Source: a virus (taxonomy: Duplodnaviria > Caudoviricetes). Taken from it: a DNA stretch of 59,340 nucleotides. The stretch is taken from the IMG/VR virus record IMGVR_UViG_3300031578_000034, positions 1 through 59,340 of that record, one strand, 5' to 3'. A model generated the notes under the pieces. That model was not told the DNA's origin, did not search any database, and saw only the letters and a program-made list of their open reading frames with translations. A program made the position numbers and the translations under genes. Below, in pieces: positions 1 through 8,573 of this stretch. Numbering within the stretch: position 1 is the first letter of the stretch; every line of letters starts with the position of its first letter.

Positions 1-333
1 TTTAGACTAATGATTATTGAGCATATAGATATTAGCCGTTAGGCTAATATCTATTGATCAATGATCATATACGCAAATGGTGCAATGCAACAAAATATAA
101 ACGCGGGCGCGGCACAGCGCCCGCAGGGGAACCCGCTGCGCGGGCATCCCCACAGAGGTACCCCAGAGGCCCAGAGAGCCGCTGTAAGACATTTACGCAC
201 AAAATAGGACACTACCCCTCAGTGAGCAAATACACCTCACCAGAGCCTTTCTGTTGCCTGCGAGCGCAGCGAGCCGCTTTTATAAAGTAGGGCTGTGCGT
301 GCTACGTATTACAAAAGTGTGCTACGTGGCACG

Positions 334-361
334 TTGCACTGTGGCGTATTCTGTGTATAAT
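334..361 (+). promoter_or_regulatory. sigma70-like promoter (TTGCAC-N16-TATAAT)
   Basis: Perfect TATAAT at 356-361 and TTGCAC at 334-339, followed by an AAGGAG RBS and ATG 393. Confidence 0.55.
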
Positions 362-392
362 GACTTGGAACAACAAATAAGGAGACTGTACA

Positions 393-929
393 ATGCCAAG
401 AGGAAGACCAAAGGGATCTGGAAATAAAACCAAGGCAGTTCCAGTCCAGTATGACTTTTGTGGAGAAACTGTGGAAGACTTAGCTAACGAGTTGATTTCT
501 AACTACCATCCGCACCTGGCGAACTGTGGAATAGCGTACTTATTTAAAAACAAGGGAATTACACTTAAAGGAATGCCCGCTGTTGCAACTGCTGAAAAAT
601 GTAGCCCAAAGGTACACGCTTTGTGTGATAAGCATTTTGTAGTTACAATATGCTATGAAGATTGGAATAATTGTACAGACCAGCAAAAAAAAGCCATATT
701 AGACCATGAGTTATCACATTGTTGGATCACTGAAGCAGAAGATACAGGTGACACAATGTATAAAATTTTGCCTCATGATTTCGAAGATTTCGGGGAAATC
801 ATACGTAGGTATGGTGCGTACTCACACAGCATTGAGAAATTAAAGCATGTTATGGACTCAATAGATCATGCAGACTCTACAAGTCTCGATGTATCCTCTG
901 ATGAAAGTGACGAAGATCTCCTAGATTAA
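393..929 (+). CDS. putative phage metallopeptidase with N-terminal AT-hook and acidic tail
   Basis: DHELSH (HExxH) and downstream PHDFEDF motif typical of phage metallopeptidase-like proteins; PRGRP AT-hook core; D/E-rich C-terminus; good RBS. Confidence 0.75.
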   Translation: MPRGRPKGSGNKTKAVPVQYDFCGETVEDLANELISNYHPHLANCGIAYLFKNKGITLKGMPAVATAEKCSPKVHALCDKHFVVTICYEDWNNCTDQQKKAILDHELSHCWITEAEDTGDTMYKILPHDFEDFGEIIRRYGAYSHSIEKLKHVMDSIDHADSTSLDVSSDESDEDLLD

Positions 930-938
930 AAATAATCC

Positions 939-967
939 TTGACATGCCCCTCCTAATCTGCTATATG
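939..967 (+). promoter_or_regulatory. sigma70-like promoter (TTGACA-N17-TATATG)
   Basis: Perfect -35 and 17-nt spacer, upstream of an AGGAGG RBS and ATG 986. Confidence 0.6.
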
Positions 968-985
968 TAGTACTAGGAGGAAGCC

Positions 986-1336
986 ATGTCAGACTATGAC
1001 TACGGAATGACAGCCCTCATTGGCCTTGTAGTGCTTCTTATCCTTATTTTACAAGCTGTTAAGAATAGGATCCGTATGAGGGCGGAGCGAATTCAAATGC
1101 AGGCAGTGCACACTTCTAGGGGAATGGCGCCAGCTAAGCGTGCAGCTGAAGAGCGCGCCAGCCAAGAGCGCCTTGAAAAGTACCAAAGTCTGAGCAGGAT
1201 CTTGTCAGAGGTCGTTCGTCTTCGTAAAGCTGGTGTTACACAAGTAAGCCGCGCACCAGAACCGGCGAAGACTACAAAATGCACTAATTGTGGCGCCCCG
1301 AAGCGCGGGGCATATTGTGACTATTGTGGTACCTAG
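986..1336 (+). CDS. membrane-anchored protein with C-terminal zinc ribbon
   Basis: N-terminal hydrophobic helix; CTNC...CDYC at the C-terminus; strong RBS. Confidence 0.7.
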   Translation: MSDYDYGMTALIGLVVLLILILQAVKNRIRMRAERIQMQAVHTSRGMAPAKRAAEERASQERLEKYQSLSRILSEVVRLRKAGVTQVSRAPEPAKTTKCTNCGAPKRGAYCDYCGT

Positions 1337-1348
1337 AAAGGCATAATT

Positions 1349-1723
1349 ATGCGAATTACAATCATTATTACGTGCCTCTTAATTTCTATTTGTGGGTGCA
1401 GCTATGCTCTTCCAGAAGATAGCATTTGTGAAAAAGTTTTAGAGTGCAGTAACTTAGATCTTTCTGACGTACAATATTCTGATATGCTGTACTTCTGCAA
1501 TAATCATGTAATGCATAGCGTTATTATTGCTAATACTCCTAGCGGTGCTGAGATAGGTGCCATGTCGTGCACCCAGTTTCGTGACTCCCTATTTGCTACG
1601 TGCGCAAAGACATGCACAGAGTTGTGCTCTTCAAATTCACAATATACTACCGATAGCGTAGAGCTTTTGTGTGGAGAATTTATAGAGGATCCAAATTTAG
1701 TGTACTGTTGGTGCGTAAGTTAA
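1349..1723 (+). CDS. Cys-rich putative lipoprotein
   Basis: Signal peptide ending in a lipobox-like ICGC; many cysteines in the mature part. Confidence 0.6.
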   Translation: MRITIIITCLLISICGCSYALPEDSICEKVLECSNLDLSDVQYSDMLYFCNNHVMHSVIIANTPSGAEIGAMSCTQFRDSLFATCAKTCTELCSSNSQYTTDSVELLCGEFIEDPNLVYCWCVS

Positions 1724-1735
1724 CTCGCGCATCCA

Positions 1736-4504
1736 CTATACTGTAGCCACTAGAGGAATTAGGCACGTTCCATACACAGGCACAGACACTAATATACCAC
1801 TATTAAGTAATGCTCCAACTGTTGCTACAATGGGTGCAGATATCTCTGCAAATATCTTAGACGCCCACACCTGCATTCCTGTTCCATTCGCAACAGTTGC
1901 ATCAAGCCTAGCTGCTACTCCTGCTGCAGCAGAAACTTTAGCTAATAACCCTATTACTCCAGCCAAACCACACACACCTACACCAGCTGCCCCAGCCTCA
2001 CCAAAAACACCATACGCCAAAGCACCAGCTTGACCAGTGCCAGCTAGCCCATAAACGCCTGTGCCATAAGATACGTGCGCAGCTTGGCCGTATACTCCTG
2101 TGGCTGCTGATCCACCAACGTAACCATTTACACCCACAGCCTTCTGTGCAGCACCCACGTTCCCCGCCGACCCATAAAGGCCAACTATATTGGCTGCTCC
2201 GTTATTACCATTAGCGACAAAGTATCCGGCTAAATCTGCGGCTGTGCCGCGAACACCAAACGATGCTGATGCAGATCCGTACACTGCTTGATTTCCTGCA
2301 CCAAAACTACCGCCGTACGTTCCTGGAACCGTTCCTAAAACGGCGCCATCTCCTTTTGCAGTAACGTATATTCCACTATCCACAAAAGCACTAACGTAAA
2401 TTCCAACATTTCCTCCAGTGGCATTAACGCGCATTCCAGTTTCTTTTGCTTGTACAAATGCTCCAGTATTTCCGCCAACTGTTACATACGCACCAGTATT
2501 TCCGCCAGCTACGATATATGCACCAATATCTGCTACTGCTGCCGCATATACACCAGTGTTGACTTGGGCCACAAACGATCCTCCGTAATCGTTAGCAGCC
2601 CCACCAATTACACCCTTGTCACCGCCAGCTTCGCCGTATACCCCACTATCAACTGCAGCAATGCAGTATGCGCCTACATCTGTATCTGCAACTGCTAGAG
2701 CGCCCATATTTGGAGCCCATGCGTAAACGGCCGGTCCAGTAGCATCAAAAACCTTTAGTCTTGCACTAATAGGTTTTGTGTGCCTACCATCGGAATCGTG
2801 CTCTTCGTACAATTCATCTTTTGTGTCTGCAGTTCTAAACGTCCTTATATCTCTAAGATTATAGTGGATATCTCCAATGTTGTTCCAGGTTACAATCCCT
2901 ACACGCAAAAATTCGTCAAAAGGCTGATCTGAAATATTTAAATCTATATCGAATGTTGACGCGTTGTCTCCACCTAATGCACCTGTAGAAACTCCTATAA
3001 TTATCCAGTTATCTGTATCTTGTGAGTATATCTTGTAAATACCTGCGTATCCGAGCATACCAATACCTGCGTCAAATAGCTTCACAGCAGTTCCAGCCGC
3101 ACCATCTCCAGGAGCTTGCCACTCTAGTGTTTGATCCGCCGCCGTCCAAGTTAAAGTTCCATTTCCAGAAACCTTATTTTGCATGTCAAGGATCTCTAAG
3201 AACCCAGAAAACAGCACCCGCTCATCTGCGGCGTTCAAAGGCGCATACTCAGCAATTTTTACGTATTGTAAATCACCAGCGCTGTTAACATATATCATGT
3301 AGTCGCCAGAAGCTAGCGCTGGCGTTATATCAAAGTATAGCCTCCCATCTGTTCCAGCAGCAATATTATTTAGAGTTTGATAGTTTATACCGTCCACTAA
3401 AAATGTATTACTAAAACCACCTATGTTAGTTACATCTATAGAATCTGCAACAGCATTTATTGTAGGAGCTAACTGCGTACTGTCAGCGTCATAAGATATA
3501 CCATTTTTATGAAACAAATCAGCGTGGTCAAACGTACCACCTTCAATATCATTCATTGTGATACCGTGCGGGTTATTCTTGGCGGGCGTACCAGAGCCAG
3601 TCAAATCTCTGTGCACCGTATCTTCTGCACTAAATTTAGGTATTGTACTTCCGTATAATGCCTGTATGTATATTGTGTCAGACTGATCTACTACAGGCAG
3701 ACCAGAGTATGTTACGTCAGCTTTTATCCAGTAAGTAGAATCGTTGGAATAAACAGTATATTCACCACTCGTAGTTATTGGAATGCCTGCGCCCTCAGCA
3801 TCTCCGGGAGCTTTCCAATATAGCGTTTTTGTTGCTGCCACAAACCGTAATGTGCCGTTTCCGATAAGTGTTTCATCAGAGATGGACGAAAGCGTTACAC
3901 CTGTTATATTAGATGGTTGCGTTGGTGTCGGGTGCGTTTTAGGCTGCACGACTTGTTGTATGTTTGCCGCTTGAAGAGCAGTTCCTGCACCTTGTGCAGT
4001 TACCTTAGCAACTAAAATTCTTTGTCTTAGATTGGATGTAGTAAGTGCCGCCCATTGTGTAGCTGTTAATACCGATACACGATAACTTTCTGCTACAATT
4101 GTGTCGTGTTCTGTATATGGAAGCGTTGTTTCAGCTAATGGAATAGTTTCAGTCTCGGAATATACCAATGAGACATAATTAATAGTGCCAGATGTATAAC
4201 TTGCGAGCGCCTGTCCGGAGATTGTTCCACCGGTAACTTCAGTTGTAAGAGTTGAAATTCGTTCTCCAGCGTCATCTCCATTTACTTCAGCTTGAAGATA
4301 TTTTCCACCGCAATAGCCAATGCCTGCACCGATATCAATCAATGTAGCGTCAACAGCGTTTACAGTTACACGAAAACCCTCAGCGATACCCATCTGGCAC
4401 GCACTATCAATCCGGCGAATTATAGCTTGTCCCTTAGAGGATTCAGTATAGTTCAGCTGTGTCTGTGTTGGTCTAGTATAATTGAAATATTTTGATCTTT
4501 CCAT
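1736..4504 (-). CDS. tail fibre protein
   Basis: 922 aa at the end of the baseplate operon; duplicated internal beta domain; C-terminal Gly/Ala/Val-rich short repeats (GGNTGAYV-like). Confidence 0.75.
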   Translation of the reverse strand: MERSKYFNYTRPTQTQLNYTESSKGQAIIRRIDSACQMGIAEGFRVTVNAVDATLIDIGAGIGYCGGKYLQAEVNGDDAGERISTLTTEVTGGTISGQALASYTSGTINYVSLVYSETETIPLAETTLPYTEHDTIVAESYRVSVLTATQWAALTTSNLRQRILVAKVTAQGAGTALQAANIQQVVQPKTHPTPTQPSNITGVTLSSISDETLIGNGTLRFVAATKTLYWKAPGDAEGAGIPITTSGEYTVYSNDSTYWIKADVTYSGLPVVDQSDTIYIQALYGSTIPKFSAEDTVHRDLTGSGTPAKNNPHGITMNDIEGGTFDHADLFHKNGISYDADSTQLAPTINAVADSIDVTNIGGFSNTFLVDGINYQTLNNIAAGTDGRLYFDITPALASGDYMIYVNSAGDLQYVKIAEYAPLNAADERVLFSGFLEILDMQNKVSGNGTLTWTAADQTLEWQAPGDGAAGTAVKLFDAGIGMLGYAGIYKIYSQDTDNWIIIGVSTGALGGDNASTFDIDLNISDQPFDEFLRVGIVTWNNIGDIHYNLRDIRTFRTADTKDELYEEHDSDGRHTKPISARLKVFDATGPAVYAWAPNMGALAVADTDVGAYCIAAVDSGVYGEAGGDKGVIGGAANDYGGSFVAQVNTGVYAAAVADIGAYIVAGGNTGAYVTVGGNTGAFVQAKETGMRVNATGGNVGIYVSAFVDSGIYVTAKGDGAVLGTVPGTYGGSFGAGNQAVYGSASASFGVRGTAADLAGYFVANGNNGAANIVGLYGSAGNVGAAQKAVGVNGYVGGSAATGVYGQAAHVSYGTGVYGLAGTGQAGALAYGVFGEAGAAGVGVCGLAGVIGLLAKVSAAAGVAARLDATVANGTGMQVWASKIFAEISAPIVATVGALLNSGILVSVPVYGTCLIPLVATV

Positions 4505-4516
4505 GTAACTTCTCCC

Positions 4517-4966
4517 TTATTGGGTGTACGCTTCTGCAAATCGTAGCGGGTGTGCGAATGCATCCCCCGCTAGTGAGGAATCTCGCGCCATCCGCAAAAA
4601 CAATAACTCTGGATTACTAGCAAACAGAGCAGTTATATCTATAGCAACAGGTACGACGGTATTTGCTACATTTGGTATTGCAACTAATTGAGTAATCCCC
4701 CCCGAGTCTACGATAACTCCTGCAGAAGAAATCCCATACCAAGTAAAATCTACTCTGGCAGTTCCTGCCCCTACGCCGTCGTCTAGAAAATTTGTATTAA
4801 GAGTCACAGTAGTTTTAGCATTTATTACGGGAGGAATATATTTTGTCCAACCACATGAATGTTCAACGCCGTCTGCTGGAAATACTAGCGAACCAACGTC
4901 CTCAGTTGGGCCGAACGCATCATCTTTTGATGCTGCTCCTGCTAAAAGTTCGATATAAGTGCTCAT
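4517..4966 (-). CDS. virion protein, paralogous to the C-terminal domain of 4975-7098
   Basis: GSLVFPADGVEHSCGW vs GSLLFAADGIERSAAW; LLFLRMARDS vs LLFFTISRDS. Confidence 0.65.
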   Translation of the reverse strand: MSTYIELLAGAASKDDAFGPTEDVGSLVFPADGVEHSCGWTKYIPPVINAKTTVTLNTNFLDDGVGAGTARVDFTWYGISSAGVIVDSGGITQLVAIPNVANTVVPVAIDITALFASNPELLFLRMARDSSLAGDAFAHPLRFAEAYTQ

Positions 4967-4974
4967 TTGTTTTC

Positions 4975-7098
4975 CTATTTTGTCCTTCCGTCCATGTACA
5001 ATAAGGACGTATTTAGCGTGTCTCCAGAATCGTCGGAGTCTCTACTTATAGTAAAGAATAGCAACCTAGAATCTGAGTTTACCACATTACTAATGTCTAA
5101 CTCCACATATGTCCCTAATCCTGCATCTAGATCAACTTCTAATACGTCGGTAACTACAATGCTTGCGGGGTTTCCAGAGGAATTTGTTGTGTAATATTGT
5201 ACTCCTAGCTTCGCTACACCAGAAACTGCAAAGTCTCCTGAGAAGAAGAACATACGTATTATATGCTCATTTCTGGATATAAAATCTATAGGAGTATGGG
5301 CAACCCATGCAGCAGACCTTTCAATCCCATCAGCAGCAAAGAGCAAGCTGCCGTTATCTGTCTCAGGAGGATTTGTCGCATCCTTCAAGGCAGATCCGGG
5401 CTCAAACTCTATGAAGAATGTATCGCTTATAGCTTGTGTTTGCGGAAGAGTATCATCTCTTGCTGATTCGTACCCGCGTAAACAAAGGCCTATAAATTCG
5501 TAATCAGCCCTCCTGTTAACTTCTGAAACGTCGATCTTAAATTGAACATACTTACTACTTATAGTAAAGTATCCTCCGACGGTATTGTTAATTTCCGTCC
5601 AATCAGACATGGAAGATTCTGCGTCTCCCTGTCGGTAGAACAAATCTCTATTAGTATTTTCGCTCCAGATCCTATCGAGAAGTGAAACCTCTATTTCTCC
5701 ACCAGAAACACCGACTCCAGAGACGTTTATTGATGAAGTATCTAACAACGGAGTAACCGCTCGCCCGCTCGTTCCCGTCTGGTCTATAGAAATAGCAAAG
5801 TTGTCGTTGTAAATCATATTAGTAAGAGTGCAGCTTTCAAACTCATTCCACATGTCTGTAAAGAGCAAATAGCCATCAGGTTGTGGCTCGTCGTGCACAA
5901 ACCACTTCACAGGAGCTACATCTGCAATGGAATCCATAACATTGTTGTAGCATTCGCCAGAGGCTGATTCGGAAATTGTAGACGTGCCTAGGAAATCTAT
6001 GTAAATTCCGTACCGTTGTCCCTCTAGACCAACCAAGTAGTTGTCTATATCTATGTAGGATTCTCCTATTATCCAAGCGTCCGTCCAATCTTCTAGGCGT
6101 TTGAAGAATGAAGGGAACAGATTGTACCCTCCGATAGATGTATTGTAAGACTCAGTTGTAGCAGCATTTTGAGTTGCGTACCAAAGCATTCCTACTTTTC
6201 TGTTAAACTTGGATCCATTCTGATATCTAGCATACGTTGGGAACAGCGATGAAAATCCCAATGAAGAATCCATAGTCTTTATGAAGTAGTCCCGTTTTAC
6301 TTGCGAATTTGTTACTTCCGACTGCGCGAATATTCTGCTTTGGAGTGCTTTTATAAACGAAACCTCTCCAGACTGTTGCTTTTCCACATTCCAAAAAGAG
6401 TTGTCGAGTAGGTTATAGAAATACTTTATTTGTGCAGTTTGTTCAAGCGCAACAGAAGATTCGATTCCTCCAATATCAGGATTTTCTACGCGTAGCGGGT
6501 TCTCCGTTCCAGAATTTACAAGCACAGATATGTAATCTGGAGTAAGATCATCATTCTCCTCATCTATGTACAGAACTCGTGCGTTCTCTATATGAGACCC
6601 AAGCGTTACATGCCCAGATCCTAATACACCCAATCCAAAATGCTTAATGTAGCCTACGTTAAGGACAGCAGACCCTGTGGCGAAGAAGCCAACATTGCCC
6701 TTGTAAAGCTTCCAATCCTGCCCAGCCGTCAAGGCAATGTTCCTGAACGTACCAGAAGAGCTAGAGCGAATTTCAATATCACAGTTGTGCACAGTGGCAT
6801 TGTACACGTCTAATGTTGGTATGTTATCAAGCTCAACACCTACGTCCGCGCGGCTCGCCACATTGTAAATTATCATTGCTGTCGTGCAATTCGATACCTG
6901 CAGTCCTCTTGATATGCCACCGTTGGCCCTAATCCGCACTGCTTTATTATTTTTAACGACTGTAGAGATGCTATTTTTTACCTCTATGCCTATAACATTC
7001 TTTCCGTAGCAGTCAGATACAGAATTACCGCGTGCTTCGAGCGTAGTTGCCTTATTTAGCGTAACATTATCAATGTAGGCTGACGGAAGTGTTGCCAT
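4975..7098 (-). CDS. tail/baseplate protein with N-terminal beta-helix
   Basis: 707 aa; Asn-ladder-like repeats, closing PDIGGIE motif; TAATG coupling to the upstream gene. Confidence 0.65.
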   Translation of the reverse strand: MATLPSAYIDNVTLNKATTLEARGNSVSDCYGKNVIGIEVKNSISTVVKNNKAVRIRANGGISRGLQVSNCTTAMIIYNVASRADVGVELDNIPTLDVYNATVHNCDIEIRSSSSGTFRNIALTAGQDWKLYKGNVGFFATGSAVLNVGYIKHFGLGVLGSGHVTLGSHIENARVLYIDEENDDLTPDYISVLVNSGTENPLRVENPDIGGIESSVALEQTAQIKYFYNLLDNSFWNVEKQQSGEVSFIKALQSRIFAQSEVTNSQVKRDYFIKTMDSSLGFSSLFPTYARYQNGSKFNRKVGMLWYATQNAATTESYNTSIGGYNLFPSFFKRLEDWTDAWIIGESYIDIDNYLVGLEGQRYGIYIDFLGTSTISESASGECYNNVMDSIADVAPVKWFVHDEPQPDGYLLFTDMWNEFESCTLTNMIYNDNFAISIDQTGTSGRAVTPLLDTSSINVSGVGVSGGEIEVSLLDRIWSENTNRDLFYRQGDAESSMSDWTEINNTVGGYFTISSKYVQFKIDVSEVNRRADYEFIGLCLRGYESARDDTLPQTQAISDTFFIEFEPGSALKDATNPPETDNGSLLFAADGIERSAAWVAHTPIDFISRNEHIIRMFFFSGDFAVSGVAKLGVQYYTTNSSGNPASIVVTDVLEVDLDAGLGTYVELDISNVVNSDSRLLFFTISRDSDDSGDTLNTSLLYMDGRTK

Positions 7099-7715
7099 TA
7101 TTTTTTGAACCTAAATTTCAATTTTAAAATTGACATCCCAGTAAAATCAACATCCTGCGATATACTAAAAATTCTATTTGGACGAAAACTGAATACAGCG
7201 TTGTTTTCGTCGCCCAGACAGTACACGTATTGTCCACTTGCTGGTACAAAGTCAGTTGGTATTATGCGCCCTCTCGTGACGCCCCCACCCACACTTAGCA
7301 CGTTTTCCTCATCCGACACTTCCCAAAATGCCGCTACACCATCCCCGTAGCTTGGTAGCTCAAAATCTCCGTTGCGTACACGGCCAGTCATGTTGTATGT
7401 TAGTTCTGGTGCAACAACTCCGGTATTCGTCTGTGGGACATTCAACGAGAGAATAGCACTTTTTTGAGTAGTCCTATTTCTGTCGGCCCATAGGCGAACA
7501 GCGTATACGCCATAAGCGTCAAGCGGGCCAAATGTAGTTTGTTCCGCTACTGGGCTTTTAAACGCTGTGGACGCGTTTCGTGGGATTGATAAATATTCCC
7601 ACTCGTATTGTGTGGCTGCATAGCCACTAGAGGATAAAAGCATAGTTGCCCCAAGCGTAACGCGCTTTGGAGCAGTTCCTGCCCCTGCTATTATGGAGGA
7701 AGAGATACTAAGCAT
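7098..7715 (-). CDS. virion protein, PKD/Ig-like plus partial carbohydrate-binding jelly-roll
   Basis: YEWEY...GVYAVRL (PKD-like), then VRNGDFE...SISQDVDFTG (CBM-like). Confidence 0.6.
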   Translation of the reverse strand: MLSISSSIIAGAGTAPKRVTLGATMLLSSSGYAATQYEWEYLSIPRNASTAFKSPVAEQTTFGPLDAYGVYAVRLWADRNRTTQKSAILSLNVPQTNTGVVAPELTYNMTGRVRNGDFELPSYGDGVAAFWEVSDEENVLSVGGGVTRGRIIPTDFVPASGQYVYCLGDENNAVFSFRPNRIFSISQDVDFTGMSILKLKFRFKK

Positions 7716-8307
7716 CTTTTAATCCATCCATTAGAATTCCCCAGCAATAGTTAACTCCAGATATTGAAGCAACTGGACAATTTATTGCAGGTATTCCCTT
7801 AGTCCAAATTCCATGTGTAGTCTGCCCAGCACAATTGAAGTTAGACACTTCGCAACGTTCCACACGCCCTTTTTCTGCAGACGCGAAGATTCCAACCCCA
7901 TTTCCAGAAGGAACATCGAAGTCGTAAACAGCACAAGTATAGCACAAAAATGTTTCTATGTTCTCTGCGTATATTCCAACTAAGTTTCCAGAGCTATCTG
8001 CCGCCTGAAGCACATTTATACCCTGAAGCGTGAATCTGCCCGATTCAAGGATTGCTACACATGCTCTATGCTTAGTCGTCTTTAGCGGTTGGACATACAC
8101 AGAATACGGATCTTCCGCAAATATAGATCCATCTAAACCAGATATAACAATGCTGTCTGTAGTCACATATGTTCCTGGAAGAATTCTAATTTGATCCCCA
8201 GACGCAAAGACAGTTAAGGCTTTATCAATTGAATAGTATGGACTTTGCCGAGATCCATCACCGGATCCATCGCTACCAGATTGCGAATCTACCCAAATAA
8301 TGGTCAC
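7708..8307 (-). CDS. pectin-lyase-like beta-helix protein (DUF1565-type N-terminus)
   Basis: IWVDSQSGSDGSGDGSRQSPYYSIDKA...GDQIRILPGTY. Confidence 0.7.
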   Translation of the reverse strand: MTIIWVDSQSGSDGSGDGSRQSPYYSIDKALTVFASGDQIRILPGTYVTTDSIVISGLDGSIFAEDPYSVYVQPLKTTKHRACVAILESGRFTLQGINVLQAADSSGNLVGIYAENIETFLCYTCAVYDFDVPSGNGVGIFASAEKGRVERCEVSNFNCAGQTTHGIWTKGIPAINCPVASISGVNYCWGILMDGLKDA

Positions 8308-8573
8308 ACGAGACCTCGTATTCTAAACGTCAACGCTTGTACGCCTGTAAATGCACTGATATCTATAGCTACATCTGCGCTTGGAAATGCATTTTGCTTC
8401 GACCACACAACGATGTTTCCTACTAGGATTTCAAAAATAAAATCGCTTGCTTGAGGAGTTGGTATCGGGCCTCCTGGGGGACCTAAAGGGAGTCCGTCCC
8501 CCCATTCACCAGAAGTATCTGGGGGTAGTGGTAAGGGGAGCCCATCTCCCCACTCTCCGAAGTCATCTGCCAT
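8304..8573 (-). CDS. small virion protein with duplicated GEWGDGLPL motif
   Basis: 89 aa; coupled to both neighbours (TAATG and GTGA overlaps). Confidence 0.6.
   Translation of the reverse strand: MADDFGEWGDGLPLPLPPDTSGEWGDGLPLGPPGGPIPTPQASDFIFEILVGNIVVWSKQNAFPSADVAIDISAFTGVQALTFRIRGLV

Noticed and set aside
54-290. 78-aa ORF at the window start
   Set aside because: No RBS and no recognisable motif; more likely non-coding.
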